From positions 128,001-192,000 of the forward strand of contig CAXXVK010000060.1 of the NCBI GenBank assembly GCA_963676915.2: DNA of 64,000 bases. The letters are read 5' to 3'. The notes under the pieces are model-generated. The model was given only the letters and a program-made list of their open reading frames with translations. It had not been told where the DNA came from and made no database searches. Below are positions 49,620 to 58,994 of this stretch, piece by piece. A program made the translations under genes and the position numbers. How positions within the stretch are numbered: position 1 is the first letter of the stretch; the number at the start of each line of letters is the position of its first letter. Source of the DNA: Myxococcota bacterium. Its GTDB lineage: Bacteria > Myxococcota_A > SURF-8 > G963663525.

Positions 49620-51803
49620 ATGACGGACGTGACGACGAGTATTCAACGGCAGCTACAGGATGAATTCGACCGGTGCGAGCTACACCGCGACATCAAGCCC
49701 GAGCCTTATAAGGATGGCGAACGGCTTCGCCTCGACCTGACCGGTATTCATCCGCAGGTTCCTGGCCATGCGGATGTGGAAATAGAAAAATTTATCGGTG
49801 GAGGATTCGCCGGACAGGTCTACAAAGTCCGTCTGAACGCTATCGACGGCGAAGACGGTGCAATGATCGACGGCTTGGAGTTGGGACGATCGTATGCCAT
49901 GAAGATCCTGATTCCCCCGACGGGATTTTCGGTACTGTTCCGAGACGCCATTTACAAAACCGCCTACCAAAGCGATTTTGCCGCCCAGGTCAATCCCGAT
50001 GCTATGCGGGCGGGTAGTTTGTGGCAGCTTTTCATTCGCCGCGCTGCTTCTTTGGAATTCGGTTCCGAAAAATGCGTCGTTCAGCCGTTCGCCCATTTTT
50101 ACGACGCTCGTCTGCACGCCTATGGAGAGATCAGCGAGTGGGTAGAAGGTCGAACCTGGCATTACGAAATCGACGAAAACCTGTTCGAGCGCTGGACGGG
50201 TGATGTCGAATCCCTGGATGCGGACTCCAGTCCGGAATATTCCGAGAAAAAGCGTTTCATGAAACGTTTTGTGGCGATGCTGCATCGCATGGGCGCGCCC
50301 GAATTCGCCCGCCAATACGAATGGTGGAGCATGAAAAGCCAGCCCAACGTGCTCAAGCGCCTCAATGACGAGGACTACGACGGCCTGACCGCCATCGATT
50401 TCCGCGCCGGGTTGGCGCTGCTGTTTTTCCTGCCGATGAGTCCGGTAGACGTGAAACTGATCCGCGACGGGTTTCGGCGGGGACATTGGGTGCAGTTCGA
50501 CCGGGGGAACCTGTCCCAACTGCGGTATTACGTCGAAAGCCACCGGGAGTTCTTCGAGGATCTGCTGCCCGTGCTCGACGAATTGGAAACCACCGACCGG
50601 GCATATCGGGAATCTCAGATCGATCTTACCCATCACGGACTGAAAGCCCTGACAAATTCCCGGCTTCGCGGCTCGATCCGGCAGGGAAAAATTCAGGCGT
50701 GGCGAGCCAAAGGACAACTGGACGAGGACCGCGCCGAGACGCTCGAACGTTCGCCTTGGCTGTTTTCGTTGCTGTTTTTGCTTTCTCTGATTCCTTTGGT
50801 CGGCAAAGTCATCCGTAAAAGCTGGGGTAATGCACGGTATCGTAAACACTTGAAACAACTAACTGTTTCTCCTGGGTATCTCTGGCGAGCGATGCGGGCG
50901 AGTCGTATCGAAACCTTGATGAAATGGCAGAAAAGCGGCCGACGCAACGACGAAGCCCTGCTGCGGCTGGTTCATCGGCCCGTAGCGTTCTGGGCACAAC
51001 GGATACCTTTCGGACTGCTGCCTGCCTCGTGGCATCGTTCGATCATGGAGCCTTCGTATCTGTTGGGAAAAATCCGCGATTCCATCTCGTATTCCTGGCA
51101 GTTTTACAAAAACAGCGAGTTTCGCGAGCGCTGGCTGTTGGGAGAGTTGGAGGAGGGCCGCCGCCAGGGAATGTTGAACGAGGAGGATTTCCAGGAAATC
51201 GCCGGGCGGATCAAGGACCAGTTCATTCAAAAATACCTGAAAAGCGTGGCGATTCACTTGATGACCCTGCCCGTGACGCAGGTTGTGGCGCTGGTGATTG
51301 CCATCTACGCCTACTTCGCTTTCGCCGATACCTGGGAGGAAGGCATCGCGTATGCCACCGGTGTGATGGTGATTTTCCAGGTGCTTCCCTTCAGTCCGGG
51401 ATCGCTAACCCGTGGATTTTACGTGGTTTATCTGATAATCTCGGAGCGGGATTTCAAAAACTACAAAGTCGCCTGCTTCGTAAGTTTCTGGCACTACATC
51501 GGTTATTTGGGCTTTCCGCTGCAAATGGTGGCGCATTATCCGAAGCTGGCCCGTTTCATGGGCGGGCGCTGGGCCACGAAAATGGTGCACGTCGTGCCGG
51601 TGTTCGGCGAACGCGGCGGCCTGCTGGAGCACTTTATCTTCGACCTGTTTTTCAACATGCCGATATCGTTACGGAAAAGCTACCGCAAGCAACCGCTGAA
51701 AACCGTGCTGGGTGTTTTGGCGGTACTCGTGCTTCTCGTGCTTTTCCTTGTCGCGCTGTATTATCTGGCGGCCTTTGTCTTCGGCTGGTTGTTCGGTAAC
51801 TAA
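49620..51803 (+). CDS. Membrane protein with kinase-like N-terminal region
   Basis: IGGGFAGQVYKV, YAMKIL, SQPNVLK, AIDF; several C-terminal TMs. Confidence 0.7.
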   Translation: MTDVTTSIQRQLQDEFDRCELHRDIKPEPYKDGERLRLDLTGIHPQVPGHADVEIEKFIGGGFAGQVYKVRLNAIDGEDGAMIDGLELGRSYAMKILIPPTGFSVLFRDAIYKTAYQSDFAAQVNPDAMRAGSLWQLFIRRAASLEFGSEKCVVQPFAHFYDARLHAYGEISEWVEGRTWHYEIDENLFERWTGDVESLDADSSPEYSEKKRFMKRFVAMLHRMGAPEFARQYEWWSMKSQPNVLKRLNDEDYDGLTAIDFRAGLALLFFLPMSPVDVKLIRDGFRRGHWVQFDRGNLSQLRYYVESHREFFEDLLPVLDELETTDRAYRESQIDLTHHGLKALTNSRLRGSIRQGKIQAWRAKGQLDEDRAETLERSPWLFSLLFLLSLIPLVGKVIRKSWGNARYRKHLKQLTVSPGYLWRAMRASRIETLMKWQKSGRRNDEALLRLVHRPVAFWAQRIPFGLLPASWHRSIMEPSYLLGKIRDSISYSWQFYKNSEFRERWLLGELEEGRRQGMLNEEDFQEIAGRIKDQFIQKYLKSVAIHLMTLPVTQVVALVIAIYAYFAFADTWEEGIAYATGVMVIFQVLPFSPGSLTRGFYVVYLIISERDFKNYKVACFVSFWHYIGYLGFPLQMVAHYPKLARFMGGRWATKMVHVVPVFGERGGLLEHFIFDLFFNMPISLRKSYRKQPLKTVLGVLAVLVLLVLFLVALYYLAAFVFGWLFGN

Positions 51804-51838
51804 CCCGGTTAGTTCAGGCCAAAATCAATGACCGAAAT

Positions 51839-52924
51839 TTAAAATTCTCCGCGAAGCATGGCTTGGAATTCCGGGATGGGTTGCAGACTGCGCAGGTCGG
51901 GATCTTTGCGCATCATGTCGGTTTCCACGAAACCGTTCATCAGGGCGATTTTCAGATAGCGCATGGCCAGATCGCTTTTGTCCTGAAGGGCATAGATGCA
52001 CCCGATATTGTAGTAGGCATCCTGATAGTTCGGGTCGCAGACCAGCGCTTTTTTGTAGGCTTCCAACGCTTCGTCGTACATGTTGCGGGCGTAATAGGTG
52101 ATTCCGACACCGTTGGTGGCGAAGGGGTCGCAAGGGCTTTCTTTCAATGCCGCCTGGAATTTCGCCCGAGCCTGCTCGAATTTTCCCGCACCCAATAGAC
52201 CTTTGCCCTCATTTTTGTATTGGAGGGCTTTGTCGGTCAGTTTCAGCGCCGCCATCGGGTCGTAGGTGCCCGGTTCGGGGCGTGGTCCGTGCAGGACTTT
52301 CTTTTTGTGCTCGTACTTCCCTTTCAAATCCCCGAGAGCCTCCAGGTTTTCCGGCTCTTCGACACTGGGTTCGGCGAGTTCGTCGGTTTCCGGCAGCGGT
52401 TCCTGCGGTGTATTGGAAGGGATGGATTTGGAGGAAGAAACAGCGGATTTTGCGGGTTTAGCAGACTTTTTTGCAGCGGCGCGTTTCCAGTACAGCCCGT
52501 TTTTTCCGGTCAATCCCTGGATCGTGCAGCCTTTGGCATTGACGTTGACCGACCCGGACAGCACCTTGCCGGAACCATCCAGCAGCAACACACCGAATCC
52601 CCAGATTTCGCTAGAGCATCCGGGAGCATCCAGGCGGATTTTACCGGAAAGGCTGTCTTCCATCATCACGCCTTCCAGAATCAGGTCGCCGGATTTCAGG
52701 GTGACGCCTTCCGCCGGAAGAGCGAGTTTCCCCACGATTTTACCCGAAACGGCCGAAACCCGAATATCGCCCAGCAAACCGGACCAGTTGCCAGTGACAT
52801 CGGATTGTGCAAACAGGGTGGCGGGTAGCAGTAGCATCGGAAACAGAACCACCGAAATCGCAAGAAACCGTAGAAAAGAACGTTTGGAGGCTGAAATGTC
52901 ATAACCTATCGGATTTTTCATCAT
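51839..52924 (-). CDS. Secreted TPR protein
   Basis: Signal peptide, beta domain, linker, TPRs ending YNIGCIYA...DPDLRSL. Confidence 0.8.
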   Translation of the reverse strand: MMKNPIGYDISASKRSFLRFLAISVVLFPMLLLPATLFAQSDVTGNWSGLLGDIRVSAVSGKIVGKLALPAEGVTLKSGDLILEGVMMEDSLSGKIRLDAPGCSSEIWGFGVLLLDGSGKVLSGSVNVNAKGCTIQGLTGKNGLYWKRAAAKKSAKPAKSAVSSSKSIPSNTPQEPLPETDELAEPSVEEPENLEALGDLKGKYEHKKKVLHGPRPEPGTYDPMAALKLTDKALQYKNEGKGLLGAGKFEQARAKFQAALKESPCDPFATNGVGITYYARNMYDEALEAYKKALVCDPNYQDAYYNIGCIYALQDKSDLAMRYLKIALMNGFVETDMMRKDPDLRSLQPIPEFQAMLRGEF

Positions 52925-53034
52925 TTTTTGCCTTTTCCCCGTAAGTTTTCTTGACTTAATTTTATAAAATTATGTAAAGTTAATACATGTTGAAATGGAA
53001 AACGGTTCGTATACTGTAACGCAGAGGATGTGCT

Positions 53035-53340
53035 TTGTCGAATCCGCGACCGAAAAAAATCCTGTTGGATGTAGCAGGACAAAAGCTCAAGGTCATGACG
53101 GATCTGGAGGAATCCTACGTGCAGCGAATCGCCGCTTACCTGGACCGCCGGATCGGCGCGGTACAGAAGTCGGGGAATGTGGGGATTTCTCAAAAGACGA
53201 TCCTATTGGCGGCGTTGGATCTCGCCGAAGAGGTGATCAGTCTGAACCACCAGTTGAACGAATTGCGTTTTCGAAACGATTCCAATAAAAAGAGTGATTC
53301 CGATCCATTGACAGTTTCGGATAAGTTAGGGTATGAATAA
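53035..53340 (+). CDS. zapA: Cell division protein ZapA
   Basis: VAGQKLK...YVQRIAAYLD...LLAALDLAEE; context upstream of 6S RNA and rny. Confidence 0.85.
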   Translation: MSNPRPKKILLDVAGQKLKVMTDLEESYVQRIAAYLDRRIGAVQKSGNVGISQKTILLAALDLAEEVISLNHQLNELRFRNDSNKKSDSDPLTVSDKLGYE

Positions 53341-53371
53341 GAGTTGCGATTTTTTCGCACGTTTGGCACCG

Positions 53372-53544
53372 CCGGATCATGCGGCGTTCATATATAACAG
53401 GTTTCGGATCGAACCTCAGTAGCATTAGCCTTTTCCCCGGCCACAAGCCGGATCAGATAGCGCCCGGAATTTCCGGGTTCACCAGCCTACTAAGAGCCTT
53501 TTTCGGCCGATTCCTTGAACACCGCCTTGGTCATGATGGGTCCG
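53372..53544 (+). ncRNA. ssrS: 6S RNA (ends approximate)
   Basis: Long rod: ATCATG...CGGCGTTCA pairs with TGAACACCG...CATGAT around a central A/T-rich bubble; canonical position between zapA and rny. Confidence 0.72.
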
Positions 53545-53601
53545 ACTGCGTAAATCCGGTGAAATTCCGGGGTAATTTACCCTCTGACAAGGAGAAAAAC
53601 T

Positions 53602-55164
53602 ATGCCTACGTGGCTTGCGATATTGTTGGTGTTGATGGCCGTTGGCGTCGGGATCGGCGCAGGCATCTATTTTCAGCAACTCAGGGAAAAGCTGGTCGCC
53701 AAGGAAGCCCGGCGAACCGCCGAAGGCATTGAAAGCGAAGCCAAAGCCAAAGCCGATCGCCTGTTGAAAGAAGCCGAGCTGAAAATCAAGGAACAGGAAA
53801 TCCGCAATCAGGAGCGTTTCGAGAAAGAGGCCAAGCAGCAACGTGAAAAGCTTTCCCGAATCGAGCAACGGCTGGAGGAGAAAGAAGATAAAGTCACCCG
53901 CAAAATGGAGAATCTCGAAAAGCGGGACGAAGAACTTTCACGACACAAAAACCGCCTCACCCAGAAAGAAAGCCTGCTGGATGACAAGGCGTTGAAAGCT
54001 GAAAAATTGCTGGAAGAGCGCAAAACGCAGCTCGAAGTCGTCGCCCAGATGACCAGTGAAGAAGCCCGACGCACCTTGATGGACCAGATGGTCGAGGAAT
54101 CCAAACAACAGGCTGCGCAACACCTCAAGGTGATGGAAGAAGACGCCCGCGACATGGCCGAAATGAAGGCCAAAAACATCATCGCTCAAACCATTCAGCG
54201 CTACGCCGGGGATTACGTCGCCGAAAAAACCGTCAGCGTGATCAGCCTGCCCAACGACGAAATGAAGGGCCGGATCATCGGCCGTGAGGGTCGGAACATC
54301 CGGGCGATCGAGGCGGCGACCGGTATTGATTTAATCATCGACGATACGCCCGAGGCGATCATCCTGTCCGGGTTCAACCCGATCCGCCGGGAAGTGGCTC
54401 GCATGGCCCTGGAACGGCTGATTTCGGATGGCCGGATTCATCCGACCCGGATCGAGGAAATGGTGCAGAAATGCGAGCAGGAACTTGAAGGAAAGATCAA
54501 GGATTTCGGGCAACAAGCCGCCATGGACTTGGGCATTCACGGCTTGCATCCCGAGTTGTTGAAACTGATCGGTCGTTTACGCTGGCGCACCAGTTACACC
54601 CAGAACGTCTGGGAACATTCGCTGGAAGTGGCTTATATGTCCGGCATGATGGCGTCCGAGCTGGGGATTTCGGTCAAGCAGGCGCGACGGGCCGGATTGC
54701 TGCACGATATCGGCAAGGCACTGACCCATGAAGTGGACGGCTCCCACGCCCTGATCGGTGCGCAACTGGCGAAAAAGTATGGCGAAACGCCGAAAATCGT
54801 CCACGCCATCAAGGCTCACCACGAAGAGGAAAAACCCGAAACCGTGCTGGCGGTGATCGTACAGGCCGCCGACAGTCTGTCCGGCGCACGCCCAGGCGCT
54901 CGAAAAGAAATCCTCGAATCCTACATCAAGCGCTTGTCCGATCTGGAGAACATCGCTCGTGGCTTCGACGGTGTGGACAAATCGTATGCGATTCAAGCAG
55001 GCCGGGAATTGCGGGTCATCGTGGAATCCCGCAAGGTCAACGACGCCGACGCGGTGATCCTCTCCAACGAAATCGCCAAGAAAGTCGAAGAGGATCTGAC
55101 CTATCCGGGACAAATCAAGGTTGTGGTCATCCGCGAAACCCGCGCCACGGGAGTTGCTCACTAA
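53602..55164 (+). CDS. rny: Ribonuclease Y
   Basis: TM, coiled coil, KH (MKGRIIGREGRNIR), HD (LLHDIGKA), AIQAGRELRV. Confidence 0.98.
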   Translation: MPTWLAILLVLMAVGVGIGAGIYFQQLREKLVAKEARRTAEGIESEAKAKADRLLKEAELKIKEQEIRNQERFEKEAKQQREKLSRIEQRLEEKEDKVTRKMENLEKRDEELSRHKNRLTQKESLLDDKALKAEKLLEERKTQLEVVAQMTSEEARRTLMDQMVEESKQQAAQHLKVMEEDARDMAEMKAKNIIAQTIQRYAGDYVAEKTVSVISLPNDEMKGRIIGREGRNIRAIEAATGIDLIIDDTPEAIILSGFNPIRREVARMALERLISDGRIHPTRIEEMVQKCEQELEGKIKDFGQQAAMDLGIHGLHPELLKLIGRLRWRTSYTQNVWEHSLEVAYMSGMMASELGISVKQARRAGLLHDIGKALTHEVDGSHALIGAQLAKKYGETPKIVHAIKAHHEEEKPETVLAVIVQAADSLSGARPGARKEILESYIKRLSDLENIARGFDGVDKSYAIQAGRELRVIVESRKVNDADAVILSNEIAKKVEEDLTYPGQIKVVVIRETRATGVAH

Positions 55165-55190
55165 CTCTCCGAAAATATGAAAACTTTTGA

Positions 55191-55221
55191 GACGCCTGCT
55201 GATTTTTCGGCAGGCGTTTTT
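55191..55221 (+). terminator. Intrinsic terminator after rny
   Basis: ACGCCTGCTGA...TCGGCAGGCGTTTTT. Confidence 0.85.
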
Positions 55222-55241
55222 CGTTGGGATAAGTAGGATAA

Positions 55242-55369
55242 GTAGGTCGGGCAAATTTCTTGCCCGACATTGCCAAGGAATCGGTAGGGTAGCACGAACC
55301 AAGCATAGGGTAGCGACTGTGATTGAAGGGAAGTAGGAAGTAGGTCGGGTGAGGAATTATCCGACCTGC
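55242..55369 (+). repeat. REP family 1 cluster (55242-55269 and 55340-55369)
   Basis: GTAGGTCGGGCAAATTTCTTGCCCGACA; GTAGGTCGGGTGAGGAATTATCCGACCTGC. Confidence 0.82.
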
Positions 55370-55380
55370 GGAGTTTATTT

Positions 55381-55773
55381 TCACTTTTTCAATGGATCAG
55401 TCCCGATAAAAGGTAAAAATGGTTCCGAACCTTCTTTTAATATTCCATTGTCTGTAAAAGAGTAAATGTCCCGATAATTCATACTTGAGGTATAATAACC
55501 TCCACTAAATGAGTACGGATCTTTTCCTTTCACTGTATGAACCAATATCTTAATCTGGCTTTCTGCACAGGCTAAAGGAATAACAATTTCAATGCTGTTG
55601 CTCTCATCTAGATTCTTGAAAATTCTTTTCTTCTGGCAATTGAATATAGTAATTCGTTCAATTTTATTGATGCTGTTGTTTTTAACAAGTATGTAGAGAT
55701 TATTATCCCATGCGATGATCGAAAGGATAATTGCAATACATAGAAAAAACGTGATAATGATTTTTTTAGCCAT
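55381..55773 (-). CDS. AT-rich orphan exported/membrane-anchored protein
   Basis: 130-aa ORF, N-terminal hydrophobic segment, markedly lower GC than flanks. Confidence 0.7.
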   Translation of the reverse strand: MAKKIIITFFLCIAIILSIIAWDNNLYILVKNNSINKIERITIFNCQKKRIFKNLDESNSIEIVIPLACAESQIKILVHTVKGKDPYSFSGGYYTSSMNYRDIYSFTDNGILKEGSEPFLPFIGTDPLKK

Positions 55774-55849
55774 TTGTTAATACTTATGGTGCGTAACATC
55801 ACCATTTTACCACAGCAAACACCTGAAAACTGACACAATAAGGATCATG

Positions 55850-55914
55850 CAATGTCGGGTAAATTCTTAACCCGACATTGGCAAAGTGTCGGGCAAGAAA
55901 TTTGCCCGACCTCC
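55850..55914 (-). repeat. REP family 1 doublet
   Basis: AATGTCGGGTAAATTCTTAACCCGACATT and TGTCGGGCAAGAAATTTGCCCGACCTCC. Confidence 0.82.
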
Positions 55915-55971
55915 TCGTAACTTGCCCCAACGAACTAAAGCCAATCGACTAACTAGTAAAAAAACGATATC

Positions 55972-56658
55972 TTACGGCCATTCGATGCCGATGGTCGAAT
56001 CCAGCGCCCAGTGATGGCCGAACTTGAATGAATCGATGGGTTGGGGCAGGTTGGGAGCTTTGATACCGGTTGCGCCGTAAAGAATGGAAATCTCGTAAAC
56101 TACCGCCCAGTTTTTCGAGAGCGACGGATACCAGGTTCCCGACAACGGCAGGCGAAAAAACAATTCCCCGCCATAAAGAATTTTATCGCTTAAAATCACG
56201 CCGAGTTTCGGTCCCAAACCGGCTGAAATCACCCAATGTCCGAACACCCAACGATACGCCGTGCCGAAATACGCGCCCAATCCTGCAATCACGCTGAGTT
56301 CATCGCAATGGGAAAGAGAAAAATACGGTGTGAAATCGAAGATATACCCCGATCCCCCGCGTTTGATCCCGAAGTTGAGCAACCAGCCATGGCGGTCATC
56401 GACGATCAGGCCGGGGGCTGTGTTCACCGGGTCGGTCCCCGGACCTTTGGGGGTGTATTGCAACCGGTATTTTCCCTGATACAAGTATCCTATACGCGGG
56501 GACAGTTCGATTTTCGACAGTTTTTTCTTTCTCGGATGGTTCTCTTTGGTTTCGGCGGCATATCCACTGGAGAAGCACAACATACAAACGATCATCGAGA
56601 CCAGCGTGATCCACGCCAAGCCCGGCACCATTTTCGTTTGCTTCGATCCCCGATCCAT
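55972..56658 (-). CDS. Probable outer-membrane beta-barrel protein
   Basis: Signal peptide, amphipathic beta strands, aromatic C-terminus IGIEWP. Confidence 0.65.
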   Translation of the reverse strand: MDRGSKQTKMVPGLAWITLVSMIVCMLCFSSGYAAETKENHPRKKKLSKIELSPRIGYLYQGKYRLQYTPKGPGTDPVNTAPGLIVDDRHGWLLNFGIKRGGSGYIFDFTPYFSLSHCDELSVIAGLGAYFGTAYRWVFGHWVISAGLGPKLGVILSDKILYGGELFFRLPLSGTWYPSLSKNWAVVYEISILYGATGIKAPNLPQPIDSFKFGHHWALDSTIGIEWP

Positions 56659-56860
56659 ATCGTACCCTATCCTTGACCGTTCGAGAAAGGCCAGTATAGA
56701 GCAAGCGCTTTCCGGCGGCAAGGAACGGTTGCCGATCATCTTTCAGACGACTTCGTCGCCGGTCTCGACTTGAAAGACTCCCGGTATTCCACGTCTCGCC
56801 AACAACGAATCCGTCTCGAAATTGCCTCGAAATCCTCGGTCGCTAATTTTAGGATAGCTT

Positions 56861-58603
56861 CTACTCGAAAGTTGCGGGCGGCTTTTCCTGGCTGCCGAAC
56901 GGGTCTTCGACGTTCAGGCGTTTTTCCCGCTGTAATCGGAGTTTTTTCATGCGTCGTTTTTTGATCTGGATAACCATAAAGATCAAGAGCAGCACGGCTA
57001 GCAACGATACGATCAATTGCATCCGAAATACTTTGTAATAGGGCAAATACCCCCAAAGCGTGTCACCTCGCACCATAACGTTGCGAATATCGAGCAGACG
57101 CTCCCGGTCTTTGGGGGAACGAATGTCCCGAGATAGCGACAAAGCGTAGTTGATCTCGTTGATGGCCAGCGCCTGATTGGTATCGTAATATACGATAGCT
57201 TTGGCGAAATGCAGGAAAGGATCGGTCAACGATTGGTCATCGGCATGGTCGAGCCGTTTGACGGCTTGCTCGTATTCGCCCATATGCCAATGGGACAACG
57301 CCGCATATCCGGCGATACGACTCATCGAATTGTCGAGAATTTCCAGTTTGGCAAGACCCAATTGTGCGTCTCGATAGCGGTTGGAATGAAAATCCGCCAC
57401 GGTTCTGGCCCAGAGCGCAAAGATATCGTCCGGGTTTTTCGCTTCCCGAGCTTTCAGGCGTTTGTCGAAGTGGCGGTTGCCATCGAGTTCGAAAAACAGG
57501 TCATCGAAGGACGGAACCAGTTGTTTGTTTTTCGTCGGTTCCAGATCGTAGGCCGCTTCCAGCATTTCGGCGGCTTCCAGGTAGTTTCCGCTTTCATAGC
57601 GACAAGATCCCAGAGGAACGAAAAGCTTGCGCCGCAAATCGTCGGCCTGCCCCATGGTATCGAGCATCAGAGCTTCCAGTTCATCGCACAAACCGCCACC
57701 GGAATAGAGATCGATCAATCGTTTTTGCAGCACCGTACAGAGGGGATAACGGCGCATTCCGGCTTTGGATATGCTTGATGCCTGATTGAAAAGTTGTCTT
57801 TTTTCAAGCAGTTGAGATGTCCAGACCAGGGTTTTGCATACCGCATGACGCGAGATCGGGCTTTCGGCCTGGTACACGCGATCGAGCAAGGCATAAGCAT
57901 CTTCGCTCTTGCCCTGCAACAGATGCGTGCGCGCCATCTCGCGCATGGCGATTTCCCACAACGTTTCGTCCTCGGCTTCTTCCGTATACGGAGTCAACAG
58001 ACGGACCGCCGTTTCGAATTGACCACGCTGGGTGGCCAGTGCCGCTTCGAAAATCTCCAATTGACCGAGCTTGTTTTGAGAAGACAAGTCCGAGCGCATC
58101 GACTCCCACAGGTGTGGCATGGCATCGAGGATAGCGGTTTTGTAGTAATTTTGAAACGTTAGACCGAAAGCGTCGTCGGGCCGTTGTTCGACTTTCTTTT
58201 CTGAAACATTCCATTTCCATTTCGGCAAGCCGGGAACAGCCGCCGTAAACGCCTGCCATGCCGGAAGAATCGTTTCGGGAATCGGGTCGGTCTCGACACC
58301 AACCGCCACCGAACCGATAATTTTTGCTCCGGAAGAGCGTTGTTGCGGATGAAGCAAGCGGAAACAAACCTGAACGTCGCTGTTTTCTTTCAGCTTCAGA
58401 CAGGTTCGAACGCTGTCCTGACTGATGACGATATCGGTGAATTCACTGGTGGAAGGCAAGGCGGATTTCGCCTTATCGAAAAACCGCTGGACACCGGCCT
58501 GGCCTTCTTCATCGATGACCCAATGCGTTGTTTCTCCCATTAGTAAGGAAGGGAAAATCCACAACCCAAGTATCCCCATCCACATACCGATGAATTTCCC
58601 CAT
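56861..58603 (-). CDS. Exported TPR protein with C-terminal TM
   Basis: Signal peptide, helical repeats, TM then basic tail. Confidence 0.75.
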   Translation of the reverse strand: MGKFIGMWMGILGLWIFPSLLMGETTHWVIDEEGQAGVQRFFDKAKSALPSTSEFTDIVISQDSVRTCLKLKENSDVQVCFRLLHPQQRSSGAKIIGSVAVGVETDPIPETILPAWQAFTAAVPGLPKWKWNVSEKKVEQRPDDAFGLTFQNYYKTAILDAMPHLWESMRSDLSSQNKLGQLEIFEAALATQRGQFETAVRLLTPYTEEAEDETLWEIAMREMARTHLLQGKSEDAYALLDRVYQAESPISRHAVCKTLVWTSQLLEKRQLFNQASSISKAGMRRYPLCTVLQKRLIDLYSGGGLCDELEALMLDTMGQADDLRRKLFVPLGSCRYESGNYLEAAEMLEAAYDLEPTKNKQLVPSFDDLFFELDGNRHFDKRLKAREAKNPDDIFALWARTVADFHSNRYRDAQLGLAKLEILDNSMSRIAGYAALSHWHMGEYEQAVKRLDHADDQSLTDPFLHFAKAIVYYDTNQALAINEINYALSLSRDIRSPKDRERLLDIRNVMVRGDTLWGYLPYYKVFRMQLIVSLLAVLLLIFMVIQIKKRRMKKLRLQREKRLNVEDPFGSQEKPPATFE

Positions 58604-58994
58604 TGGCTTCGCTCCCGATTTTGTGCTAACATTTTACCGACGGATTTTCATGGTAGTGGATTCGCTACGATCTTCCAAGGGAAAATCCGCAGCCTGACAA
58701 GGATGGGGCGGATTTTTTCATGCGTTTCATGCCTGATGGACTCTTTTCGTCAGGGCGGCGGGTGATACGACGGGAAATGTAGTGCGGGTTCACATATGGC
58801 GAGAATTCGAAAACTTTGGCTGCAAGCGGGGTTTTTTCGTGGATTTTCGCAGGACTTTCTACGTGCGAAATGAAGGAATTCCGGCCAAAGGTTTGCGGTA
58901 TCGTGTGCCTTCTGATAGAATTATGTGCTGAGAATTACAAAAAATTCAGGTTTGCCCCGGATTTTTACCGTGCTCTTCCAGGAGTGGAAACCTC

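Noticed and set aside
55270-55800. Integron cassette with attC
   Set aside because: A GTTACGC lies upstream of the gene on the minus strand, but no complementary RYYYAAC box follows it and no integrase is present
7605-55914. Palindromic ~28-bp repeats as a CRISPR array
   Set aside because: Dispersed, often inverted, no regular spacers, no cas genes
58604-58994. Hairpins in the divergent intergenic region as a riboswitch or sRNA
   Set aside because: Stems are present (58682-58716, 58732-58753) but no recognisable conserved aptamer motif
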